Source: Woeseiaceae bacterium (GTDB taxonomy: Bacteria; Pseudomonadota; Gammaproteobacteria; Steroidobacterales; Woeseiaceae). From it: a stretch of DNA of 39,653 nucleotides. Shown here piece after piece: positions 16,253 to 24,190 of this stretch. Location: contig JALHUQ010000428.1 of NCBI GenBank assembly GCA_022866645.1, positions 1-39,653 on the forward strand, written 5' to 3'. How positions within the stretch are numbered: position 1 is the stretch's first letter; every line of letters starts with the position of its first letter. A model generated the notes under the pieces. That model did no database searches. It was not told the DNA's origin and saw nothing but the letters and a program-made list of their open reading frames with translations. A program made the translations under genes and the position numbers.

Positions 16253-16531
16253 TTAGCCGCCCGCTACAGCTGAAATGATGCTGACGACGTCCCCGTCACG
16301 CAGAGGCATTTTCAGACCGCTGTGTGAACGCACATCATCGACTCCGACAAAAACGTTGACGTACGGGCGAAGCTCGCCGTCGTTTACGATGACGCGCTGA
16401 AGGAACCCGGGGTGACGAGCACCAATCTGTTCGAGCGCCGCACCCACGGTGTCGGCGTCGGCGTCCATGACCGTCGCGTCGTCAACGAACGGCCGAAGCG
16501 GCATGGGAATACGCACAGTGATCTTGCTCAT
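16253..16531 (-). CDS. MoaD/ThiS family ubiquitin-like sulfur-carrier protein (92 aa)
   Basis: Ends in ...SAVAGG. ATG 16531 overlaps the upstream stop (ATGA). It is longer than canonical ~81-aa MoaD, so I did not assign the symbol moaD. Confidence 0.75.
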   Translation of the reverse strand: MSKITVRIPMPLRPFVDDATVMDADADTVGAALEQIGARHPGFLQRVIVNDGELRPYVNVFVGVDDVRSHSGLKMPLRDGDVVSIISAVAGG

Positions 16532-17292
16532 CTCGTCACCACTGCAACAACGGGACTCGAGGATCGTCGCAGGCAACAAAGGACCACGCGATCGAAGCGC
16601 GATGTCATCCGGATCGCCGCAGTCGCTGCGGCTCGCGCCAATTGTTCTAGCTGTTCATTGTCCACCATGTTGATGACCGGCGCAACGCGCGCCCCGGCGC
16701 TCCCCTGCAACGCGCCCGCGTCACTCGCCAGCAGGCGTCCGACGGCCTCCGGCGTCAGCAGGTTCCCCTGCGCCACCCCCGTGACCGCTGCAACACGCTC
16801 GATGCGATGCGCGACGCGTTCGCCCAGCGGTTCGCCGATCGCCCGTGCCGAGACCACGGGAATCACGACATCGGCGCCCTGCACGAGTAAGGGTTCGCCT
16901 TCCTCCGGCGCCTTGATCCAGCGCATGCGTGCGCCGTCGGCCTTAACGAAACTCGCATCAAAACCACCTTCCTCGTGAATCGAACGGATCATCTCCGGCG
17001 ACACGCCCGAGTATCGGCCCGCCTTTTTCGACGGGCAAGCATAAGCGACGGAACCTGAGCGCGCTGCGACCAGAACGCGATCCCGTAACATCGTTTCATC
17101 GTCGACAATGCGTTCGAGCTGGAAGTCTTCGGGAAACGCGGTCATATGCACGGTCGTGGTCAGTGCGATATGGCCGGTGTGTTCGCGGACCAGTTGATAA
17201 AGGACGGATTTCTTACCGCCTGCGCCGACCGCGCAGACGATTCCCCGGTATGCATCGAGCTCCTCGATGAGTAAACTCGAATGCTCTGTCAT
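16528..17292 (-). CDS. YqeC-like accessory protein (TIGR03172-like, deviant P-loop)
   Basis: ORF 16528..17421, started at ATG 17292, which overlaps the upstream stop (TGATG). Blocks are IVCAVGAGGKKSVLYQL...ALTTTVHM, FVKADGARMRWIKAPEEGEP, VVIPVVSARAIGEPLGERVAHR and VINMVD, collinear with the YqeC family as I recall it. Confidence 0.6.
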   Translation of the reverse strand: MTEHSSLLIEELDAYRGIVCAVGAGGKKSVLYQLVREHTGHIALTTTVHMTAFPEDFQLERIVDDETMLRDRVLVAARSGSVAYACPSKKAGRYSGVSPEMIRSIHEEGGFDASFVKADGARMRWIKAPEEGEPLLVQGADVVIPVVSARAIGEPLGERVAHRIERVAAVTGVAQGNLLTPEAVGRLLASDAGALQGSAGARVAPVINMVDNEQLEQLARAAATAAIRMTSRFDRVVLCCLRRSSSPVVAVVTR

Positions 17293-18356
17293 CACGGCAG
17301 CTCGTCCACGGCCTTTACGCTCAGGACGCGAGGGAGGTAGCTCGCGATTTCCTGCCAGCGGTCGCCGGCGTCCACGCTTGCGAACAGTTGCCCCCCCGAT
17401 GTCCCGAAGTAGACCCCACAAGGCTCGCGCGAGTCTGTGGCCATGGCTTCACGCAGCACGGTGACGTAAACGTGTTCGGCCGGCATACCCTCGCTCGCCG
17501 ATTCCCAGGTGGCGCCCGCATCGCGGCTGCGGTACACCCGCAGTATTCCGTCGACAGGCATGCGCAGATGCGAGCTCGACTCCGGAATCTGGAATGCGGT
17601 GTCCGGGTCATTCGGGTCAACCACAATCCCGTAGCCGAAATCGCTCGGCAACCCGTCGGTGATTTCAACCCAGCTTCGTGCGGCGTCGTCACTCCGGTAG
17701 ACGCCGTTGTAACACTGGCGGTAAAGCCGACTCGGCATCGTCGGATGCCTGACGATGCGATGCACGTTGTGGCCGGTCTCGGGCCGGGGCCCGGGCAGGT
17801 TCTCGGCACGCACTCCGACGTTGGCGGGCCGCCATGTCTCGCCGCCATCGTCGCTGCGATACACCCCGCCCGCCGAGACGGCGGCGACGATGTCGTCCGG
17901 GTTCTGTCCGTCGACGTAGATCGAGTGCACTGCAAAACAGCCCTTGGAGGGCTCCCAGGTCGAGCGTGTCGGATGCTCGTTGAGACCGGCGACAGGCTGC
18001 CAGCTCCGGCCGCGATCATCGCTGCGAAAGAGCCCGGCCGGATCGATACCTGCGAACAGGACGTCGCCCGCTGCGGCCAGGTACCAGATGGCTTCTGTTG
18101 CGCCACGCCCGCTGTCCGCAGCGTGCTGCGGCACGGCCTCGAGCGATGCCCAGGTCGCGCCGAGGTCGGTGCTCGCGTAGATATGTGCACCCCAGATCTC
18201 GTGTGACGTCGCGGCATAGAGCATGCCGTAGGGCGCGACCAGCGTGTGCAACACGGAGTAGCCCGCCAGGTGCGGACCGTCGAGACGCCAGTCCCCATTC
18301 GCACCATCCGCGAAGACACGAAAAAGCCCTTTCGAAGTGCCGACCAGCAACATCAT
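17292..18356 (-). CDS. BNR/Asp-box repeat beta-propeller protein (sialidase/Ycf48-like fold), cytoplasmic
   Basis: Six Asp-box motifs: STDLGATW, SDDRGRSW, SDDGGETW, SDDAARSW, SRDAGATW, SVDAGDRW. No signal peptide (starts MMLLVGTSKGLF). Confidence 0.8.
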   Translation of the reverse strand: MMLLVGTSKGLFRVFADGANGDWRLDGPHLAGYSVLHTLVAPYGMLYAATSHEIWGAHIYASTDLGATWASLEAVPQHAADSGRGATEAIWYLAAAGDVLFAGIDPAGLFRSDDRGRSWQPVAGLNEHPTRSTWEPSKGCFAVHSIYVDGQNPDDIVAAVSAGGVYRSDDGGETWRPANVGVRAENLPGPRPETGHNVHRIVRHPTMPSRLYRQCYNGVYRSDDAARSWVEITDGLPSDFGYGIVVDPNDPDTAFQIPESSSHLRMPVDGILRVYRSRDAGATWESASEGMPAEHVYVTVLREAMATDSREPCGVYFGTSGGQLFASVDAGDRWQEIASYLPRVLSVKAVDELP

Positions 18357-18416
18357 GACGTCAGGACCGCGAGACCGGCAGATGCGCAGGCATGGTCGAT
18401 GTTCCTGACTGGCCTG

Positions 18417-18947
18417 TCACGTTTCGAGCAGCCTCGGCATCAGTTCCGTCAGGTTGCAGGGCCGTGTGCGTTGGTCGAGCTGGGCGCTTATCAGGTCGTC
18501 CCAGGCCGTGGCGCAGGCACCCGAGGAACCGGGTACGCAAAAGACATAGGTACCGTTGGCGACGCCGGCCAGGGCACGCGACTGTATCGTCGAGGTGCCG
18601 ATCTGCTCCCAGGAGATCTTGCGAAACATCTCGCCGAAGCCGTCTATCACTTTATCGAGCAGCGGCCTCACGGCTTCGGGTGTGCCATCGCGCCCGGTGA
18701 CTCCGGTGCCGCCCGTCGTGATAACGGCATCGACACCGTCATCGGCGATCCAGCCCGCGACGACGGCACGAATCCTGTAGACGTCATCGGGCACGATCAG
18801 CTTGTGCGCCAAGTGGTGGCCTGCCTTGCCCAGGCGCTCGGCCAGCAGTTTGCCGGACTTATCGGTCTGCTCATTACGACTGTCGGAAACCGTCAGCACT
18901 GCGATGTTCAACGCGACGAATTCGCGCTCGTTCGGAGAATCTTTCAT
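18417..18947 (-). CDS. moaB: Molybdenum cofactor biosynthesis protein B (MoaB/MogA family)
   Basis: 176 aa: IAVLTVSDSR...DKSG, ITTGGTGVTGRDGTPEA. Confidence 0.9.
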   Translation of the reverse strand: MKDSPNEREFVALNIAVLTVSDSRNEQTDKSGKLLAERLGKAGHHLAHKLIVPDDVYRIRAVVAGWIADDGVDAVITTGGTGVTGRDGTPEAVRPLLDKVIDGFGEMFRKISWEQIGTSTIQSRALAGVANGTYVFCVPGSSGACATAWDDLISAQLDQRTRPCNLTELMPRLLET

Positions 18948-18971
18948 ATCGGACCCCTCCTTGCGCGCCGT

Positions 18972-20246
18972 TCAAACGAAGGCCGCAAATGGCTGTACGT
19001 TCACCTCGTCCCCTGGCGCAACGGGACCGGCGTCTTCTGCCAGTACGATAAAGCAATTCGCAGCGCTCATCGAACTCAGAACCCCCGAACCCTGGGTGCC
19101 CGTCCTGCGTACGACGAGACGCCCGTCCGGCTTCCGCGAAAGCACGCCGCGCTGAAATTCACGGCGACCCGGCTTGGTACGCAGGGCTTCTTCGCACACT
19201 GCCGTCACACTCAGCGGCGGCGCGGGATCCGGCAACCCGGCGAGCGACTGCAGGGCAGGTTGCACCAGCTGATAGAAGGTGGCCATGACCGATACCGGAT
19301 TGCCCGGTAACCCGAAGAACAGCGCGTTGCCGATGCGGCCGAAAGCGAGCGGCCGTCCGGGCTTCATAGCGACTTTCCAGAATCCCACTGAACCCGAGCG
19401 CTCGAGTGTCTCGGTCACGTAGTCGGCATCGCCGACCGAGACGCCCCCGGTGGTGATGATGGCGTCGGCTACGGCTGCCGCGTCCGAGAATGCCCGCGCC
19501 ACCGCATCACGCTCATCGCGCACAACCCCCATGTCGATTGCTTCGACACCTAGGCGCATCAGCATGCCGTAGATCGTGTACCGGTTACTGTCGTAAATCT
19601 GGCCTTTCTCGAGCGATTCGCCGACGTGCCGCAATTCGTCTCCCGTCGAGAAGAACGCAACGCGCGGGCGCCGCCGCACACTGACCTCACTGACGCCGAG
19701 TGACGCGATGATGCCGAGCTCGGCGGGCCGCAGGTGCGTGCCGGCTCGCAGAGCAACCTCACCCGCACCGATATCCTCGCCGGCTTGCCGCACATGCTGT
19801 CCGGCCTTTTGACCTGCCGCCAGAATCGCGATGTCGCCCTCGAGCTCGACGTTCTCCTGCATGACGACGGAATCCGTACCCGCCGGCATCGCCGCACCGG
19901 TCAGGACGCGGGTGCACTGGCCCGCAGTGACTGCACCCGTGAACGGCTTGCCGGCCGCGGCGACACCAATAATCGCGAGGCGGGTCTCACCGTCGGCCTG
20001 GAGATCTCTACTGGCATACGCATACCCATCCATCGCGGAGTTCGTGTGCGCCGGGACATCGATGGCCGACACCACGTCACCGGCAAGCACCCGGCCCAGC
20101 GCGCTGCGGATCGCGAGTGTCTCAATACCTTCGACAGGTCGCGCATCGGCCAGGATGCGAGCCAGCGCATCTTCGAGCTTCAGCGCCGGACCGAAGTCGC
20201 CATCGGCGCAACAATCGATGTTGGATTTGCTGCTCATGTCACTCAT
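18972..20246 (-). CDS. moeA: Molybdopterin molybdotransferase MoeA
   Basis: ORF 18972..20546 is over-extended. ATG 20246 (MSDMSSK...) overlaps the mobA stop by 8 nt. MoeA blocks are VPAHTNSAMDGYA, ITTGGVSVGDADY and MKPGRPLAFG. Confidence 0.9.
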   Translation of the reverse strand: MSDMSSKSNIDCCADGDFGPALKLEDALARILADARPVEGIETLAIRSALGRVLAGDVVSAIDVPAHTNSAMDGYAYASRDLQADGETRLAIIGVAAAGKPFTGAVTAGQCTRVLTGAAMPAGTDSVVMQENVELEGDIAILAAGQKAGQHVRQAGEDIGAGEVALRAGTHLRPAELGIIASLGVSEVSVRRRPRVAFFSTGDELRHVGESLEKGQIYDSNRYTIYGMLMRLGVEAIDMGVVRDERDAVARAFSDAAAVADAIITTGGVSVGDADYVTETLERSGSVGFWKVAMKPGRPLAFGRIGNALFFGLPGNPVSVMATFYQLVQPALQSLAGLPDPAPPLSVTAVCEEALRTKPGRREFQRGVLSRKPDGRLVVRRTGTQGSGVLSSMSAANCFIVLAEDAGPVAPGDEVNVQPFAAFV

Positions 20247-20880
20247 CTTCCGTCGGAGTTGGCTGCTTGTGTTTCGTGAGCTTTTCTTCCAGTTCCTGCT
20301 TGTCCGCCGGTGCGTTGACGTTCGAAAAAGTATCGATCGCATCGCTGAAATCGGCGCTCGCATAGCCGTGCCGTTCGTACCAGTGATCGATCTTACGCCC
20401 ACCACCGTCGAGATACTCGACAAGGTCGGCGAACAGATCCCGATGAAGCATCGCGAACACGGGCTGCAACCGCTCGCCGTCGTGGGCGACTGCGATCTGC
20501 GAATCTTCGTTCGCCAATGCCGCATGCAATCGCCGCACGAGATCACCGCAGATCAGCGGCGAGTCGCAAGGCACGACCACAATCCAGGGCGTCTTTGCCG
20601 CCTGCATTCCGCGCGCGAATCCCGCCAGTGGCCCGCGGAACTCAGAGTTGCCGTCGTCTATAACGGCACATCCGAATTCGCTATATTTATCGTGATTGCG
20701 GTTCGCATTAATCAGTATGTCGGCCACCTGTACGCGCAGCGCGTCGATCACCCAGGCGATCATCGGCCGATCGTTAATCGGTACCAGTCCCTTGTCGACG
20801 CCACCCATACGCCGGGCCAAACCGCCGGCGAGGATAATGCCCGTCACCTGGTTGCGTACCACCTCGTCTGCCGCAGTCAA
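20239..20880 (-). CDS. mobA: Molybdenum cofactor guanylyltransferase MobA
   Basis: ITGIILAGGLARRMGGVDKGL. TTG start at 20880, with AAAGGAG 7 nt upstream. Confidence 0.85.
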   Translation of the reverse strand: MTAADEVVRNQVTGIILAGGLARRMGGVDKGLVPINDRPMIAWVIDALRVQVADILINANRNHDKYSEFGCAVIDDGNSEFRGPLAGFARGMQAAKTPWIVVVPCDSPLICGDLVRRLHAALANEDSQIAVAHDGERLQPVFAMLHRDLFADLVEYLDGGGRKIDHWYERHGYASADFSDAIDTFSNVNAPADKQELEEKLTKHKQPTPTEDE

Positions 20881-20930
20881 ATACCACTCCTTTCAGGTCT
20901 TCGCGGGAACAATCGTCCTCGAATAACCGC

Positions 20931-20958
20931 ATGCTTGCGTCATTTTGACGCAAAGCAT
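20931..20958. promoter_or_regulatory. Near-perfect palindrome in the divergent mobA / regulator intergenic region (operator candidate)
   Basis: ATGCTTGCGTC (20931-20941), loop ATTTT, GACGCAAAGCAT (20947-20958). The arms match 11/12 with a single-base bulge. Confidence 0.35.
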
Positions 20959-21005
20959 AGTCTGTCCGCGAGTTTTTTGCCGGACGCGATGCGTGCGTCT
21001 CGCGC

Positions 21006-21674
21006 ATGGGAACCGGAGCATTTTTGTCACAATACAACTCGATTCTCCTTCTTGGTGGCACCAGGCCCGAGGCATCACGCCTCCAGCGGGCGTTGTCACG
21101 GCACTTCCTGCTGGTTGAGAGTGTGCGGGACGTCGAGGAAGCGCGACAACTCGCGCGGCGATGCCGATTCCATGCGCTGGTCCTGGTCGATCCCGAATCG
21201 CCCTGGGAGAGGATGCGCAAGGCGCTCGACGAATGCGAAGAACTGCCGCCCGACGTCCTGATCATCATCGAGAGAAACCGGGCAGAAACCGCGATTGATG
21301 CGCTGAGCGATGGTGTATGTAACGCGTTGCTGCGGCCCGTCTCGAACAATGAACTTGTTGCGGCGCTGATCCGTGCGATCGACAACCGCGACTCACGGCA
21401 GGAAGGGATCCTGCAGACTGAAACTGCGCCCGCCGACGATTCGACCGCAATTTCAGCGCTGCAATCGCCGGGCGAAGCCCGCGCACCGGCGGGAGGAGCC
21501 ACGCCACCCGGATACCCGGTCGACTGGACGCTCGAGCAGGTCAAGCGCCATCATATGATCCGCGTTGTCGACGACAGCAGCGGCAATAAATCGGCCGCGG
21601 CGCGACGCCTCGATATCTCGCGCAAGACGCTGGAGCGCAAGCTCGGTACGGGCAATCTCAAACAACGGAGGTAA
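21006..21674 (+). CDS. Atypical (pseudo-)receiver domain plus Fis-type HTH regulator, no AAA+ module
   Basis: CheY-like layout, but the acidic pair is replaced (ILLLGGT) and the conserved Lys is Arg (LLRPV). A candidate Asp is retained (LVLVDPE). The C-terminal HTH_8 is NKSAAARRLDISRKTLERKL. Confidence 0.7.
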   Translation: MGTGAFLSQYNSILLLGGTRPEASRLQRALSRHFLLVESVRDVEEARQLARRCRFHALVLVDPESPWERMRKALDECEELPPDVLIIIERNRAETAIDALSDGVCNALLRPVSNNELVAALIRAIDNRDSRQEGILQTETAPADDSTAISALQSPGEARAPAGGATPPGYPVDWTLEQVKRHHMIRVVDDSSGNKSAAARRLDISRKTLERKLGTGNLKQRR

Positions 21675-21676
21675 TC

Positions 21677-21901
21677 ATGAGCAGCAGGGACTTCGACAAG
21701 GATCAATTGAACATTGAAATTCGCCGCTTTTTGAAGCTGGTCGGGATCACGTCGCAACGCGAACTCGAAAAAGCCGTGAAAGACGCAATGGCAGCTGGCA
21801 ATTTGCCTCAATCAGGCAAGCTGGCTGCCAGGATGACGCTGTCGGTGCCTGTTCTGGGTCTCGAACACGTCATCGACCACGAGATCGATATCGACAGGTA
21901 G
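21677..21901 (+). CDS. Small conserved protein, DUF6494-like
   Basis: 74 aa. IRRFLKLVGITSQRELEKAVKDAMAAG...KLAARMTLSVPVLGLEH matches the DUF6494 pattern as I recall it. It starts 3 nt after the regulator stop. Confidence 0.5.
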   Translation: MSSRDFDKDQLNIEIRRFLKLVGITSQRELEKAVKDAMAAGNLPQSGKLAARMTLSVPVLGLEHVIDHEIDIDR

Positions 21902-21926
21902 CGGCGCCGATCTGCGACCCCTGCGA

Positions 21927-22895
21927 TCAATCACCGCCCGTCCATATGAGCGTGCCCAGCTCCGAGAGATCGTAGCCGCCGAGCGTCTTGACATGGCGCT
22001 GGCAGTCGCTGCCGCGCAGGTAGTCGAGCAAATGCTGGAACAGGCTGCGAAAGAAGATACCGCGGTGCAACGCGAGGTCAAACGCTTCCCAGCCGATCGA
22101 CAGGAAGTCGAGTCCGAATTCACTCGCGGAGGCGCGAATCCCCGGGGCAATCTCGGCCTGCCCAATTGCGATCAGCGACGCCGCTTCACGCTCGCTACCG
22201 GCACGACCGGTGATGCGCCGGTCCGACGGATCCAGGTCGTGCTGCGAGATCAGTTCGCGAAGAAATCTTTGCGAACCGCCGCCCTCCTGTCGTTCGACCC
22301 AGCGCACTTCCCGTCGAAACAGTCCTTCGATCCCGTCTCCGGCGGACCACAGACCCGGCGAGACCAGCAAACCCTGCTCCCGCCGATACAACCGTACGAG
22401 GGCCCACTCACCGGCCTGCACGAATTGGCGCAGCAGCGCAGGATGGCGATGGAAGCTCTCCGCCGCGGGCCCCCAGTGGACGCTGCAGACGTCGGCGCGC
22501 CGGTTGGCCAGCAGCGCGAGCCCGAGCTGGCTGCCGGTGGAGGTATAGCTGATCAATGCGCGGGATTGCAGTGACGTGGCAATCTGACTGAGCGCCCGAT
22601 ACAGCAGCGGGTCGTCGCTGCCGGCGATGACGATGCGGTCCGTCAGCAACCCGCCGTGACTGGATTCCAGCAGCCACTGGTCAACCAGATTGCGCGGAAA
22701 CAGCCATTTGCCCGTCAGCTTGGTCGCAGGAATCTTGCCCTCTTGCACCAGTCCGTAAACTTTCTTTTCGTTGACCTGCAAATAAGCCGCCACCTGTTTC
22801 ACCGTCATGAAGCGCGGCGGCGCGTCAGCGTGTTCCGCTGCTTCGTCGGAATAGCCTGTTTGCGCATTATCAGCGCTGTTGGAGTTCCGCTTCAC
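21927..22895 (-). CDS. TunR-like regulator: excisionase/MerR-type HTH fused to a periplasmic-binding-protein-like (molybdate/tungstate-binding, COG1910-type) domain
   Basis: N-terminal MTVKQVAAYLQVNEKKVYGLVQEGKIPATKLTGKWLFPRNLVDQWL (HTH_17 type) followed by a ~230-aa PBP-like domain. Divergent from the FDH operon. Confidence 0.65.
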   Translation of the reverse strand: MKRNSNSADNAQTGYSDEAAEHADAPPRFMTVKQVAAYLQVNEKKVYGLVQEGKIPATKLTGKWLFPRNLVDQWLLESSHGGLLTDRIVIAGSDDPLLYRALSQIATSLQSRALISYTSTGSQLGLALLANRRADVCSVHWGPAAESFHRHPALLRQFVQAGEWALVRLYRREQGLLVSPGLWSAGDGIEGLFRREVRWVERQEGGGSQRFLRELISQHDLDPSDRRITGRAGSEREAASLIAIGQAEIAPGIRASASEFGLDFLSIGWEAFDLALHRGIFFRSLFQHLLDYLRGSDCQRHVKTLGGYDLSELGTLIWTGGD

Positions 22896-23084
22896 TATCG
22901 GGTTTCCAGTTGCCGCAGTTGCCAGATTGGCCCATGTACATACAGAAAGGCCGTTTCGGGACGATACGTCATCCGCGCGACCTGGTCACGGTTCGCTGGC
23001 GCCGGCATGCTCCCTGCACACTGCGCGACCGGCCGCATCGGCAACATGAACGTTCTTTGATCGTTTGCGCTACTATTGATCAAA

Positions 23085-23567
23085 ATGAGCCTCGCAGAGC
23101 GACACACGATAGCCGTAATCATGCAGCGCAGCCAGGTACGGCAGGGCCAATGGTCTGTAACGAGCTGGCGCGCAGTGTCTGTCGTCGCGGGCGAACATCT
23201 CGTCGGCAAGGGCGCCGGGCAGACACCAATTTACGAAAACGAAAGCGGTGCCCAGTTCCTCTGGACCGGCTTTTCACTGGAGCTCTACCGGGACCAGGCC
23301 GAAGACTACTGGTACAACCTGACCGGTGACAGCCCGTCGCTGTTTGTTATCTGCCACGAATCGCCGGAAGGTGATCTAGCGCCGTTTCGGGTCACCGCTG
23401 ACCAGGATTCGGCGTCCGGGTGCCTGGAGAGCGACGACCAGGTATTCGCCGTGCCGATCCCGCCCGAAATCTACCAGCGCCTTGAGCAATTCGTCGTGGC
23501 TCACTACGTTCCCCGCGAGCCCAAAAAACGCAGACGCAAGAACTGGTCGCAGGAGTCTGAACGATGA
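23085..23567 (+). CDS. DUF3305 domain protein (FDH-associated)
   Basis: ORF from TTG 23076, with ATG 23085 preferred. The pattern IAVIMQRS...W..VSVV...L.LYRD.AEDYWYNL...PSLFVI...VTADQD...VFAVPIPPEIY..LEQFV..HY..EPKKRRR is typical of this family. Confidence 0.7.
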   Translation: MSLAERHTIAVIMQRSQVRQGQWSVTSWRAVSVVAGEHLVGKGAGQTPIYENESGAQFLWTGFSLELYRDQAEDYWYNLTGDSPSLFVICHESPEGDLAPFRVTADQDSASGCLESDDQVFAVPIPPEIYQRLEQFVVAHYVPREPKKRRRKNWSQESER

Positions 23568-24190
23568 GCAACACCGCAAGGGAGGATGCGCCGGGCAACA
23601 GTGCCGCGGACATCGATACGCTTGGGAACGAGGCGTTTCTGACGCGCTGGTCGAAACGCAAGGCGCTGTCACGTGAAGGCGTGGACTTGCCGGAACCGGT
23701 GGAAAACGCGGCGCGCGAGGACGAGACCGGTGCGACCGGTGCCGATGACACCAGCGGTGATGCGCGGGCCGAAATCGCCGGACAAGCCGACGGGCCGGTC
23801 GCGGATGCAGCGCAGACGACGCCCGAGTTACCACCCATCGAATCGCTGGGCGAGGACTCTGACTATCGCGCATTTCTTGCTGACAACGTGCCGGCCGACG
23901 TGCAGCGCAAAGCGCTGCGTAAGTTGTTCCAAAGCCCCAAGTTCAACGTGCGCGACGGTCTCGACGACTACGACCTTGACTTCTCTTCGCCCGAGCCGCT
24001 CGGTGACATAGTGACGGCCGAGATGCGGCACCGCCTGCGCCAGGAACTCAAGCGCATGGTCGGACTCCATGACGACGAAGACAGCCCGCAGGACGTGATG
24101 CCGGAGGCGATCGTCGAGGCTGTCGAAAGCGACAACCCGGAAGAACCTTCTGACGACGAGCCAGACGATGAACAACCTGCAACTGCCTGA
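23564..24190 (+). CDS. DUF3306 domain protein (FDH-associated, acidic)
   Basis: FLTRWSKRK N-terminal block, an acidic low-complexity centre, and a DYRAFL...ALRKLF...FNVRDGLDDYD C-terminal block. An ATGA overlap joins it to DUF3305. Confidence 0.7.
   Translation: MSNTAREDAPGNSAADIDTLGNEAFLTRWSKRKALSREGVDLPEPVENAAREDETGATGADDTSGDARAEIAGQADGPVADAAQTTPELPPIESLGEDSDYRAFLADNVPADVQRKALRKLFQSPKFNVRDGLDDYDLDFSSPEPLGDIVTAEMRHRLRQELKRMVGLHDDEDSPQDVMPEAIVEAVESDNPEEPSDDEPDDEQPATA

Noticed and set aside
18972-20546. N-terminally extended versions of ORFs in the six-frame track: MoeA 524 aa, TupB from 33466, YqeC-like from 17421, MoaD-like from 16579, DmpA-like from 14548, TupC from 34310 and kinase from 4100.
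   Set aside because: The extensions overlap upstream genes, are Arg-rich or non-homologous, and internal starts coincide with stop/start overlaps, RBS-like sequences or signal peptides. The shorter coordinates were used.
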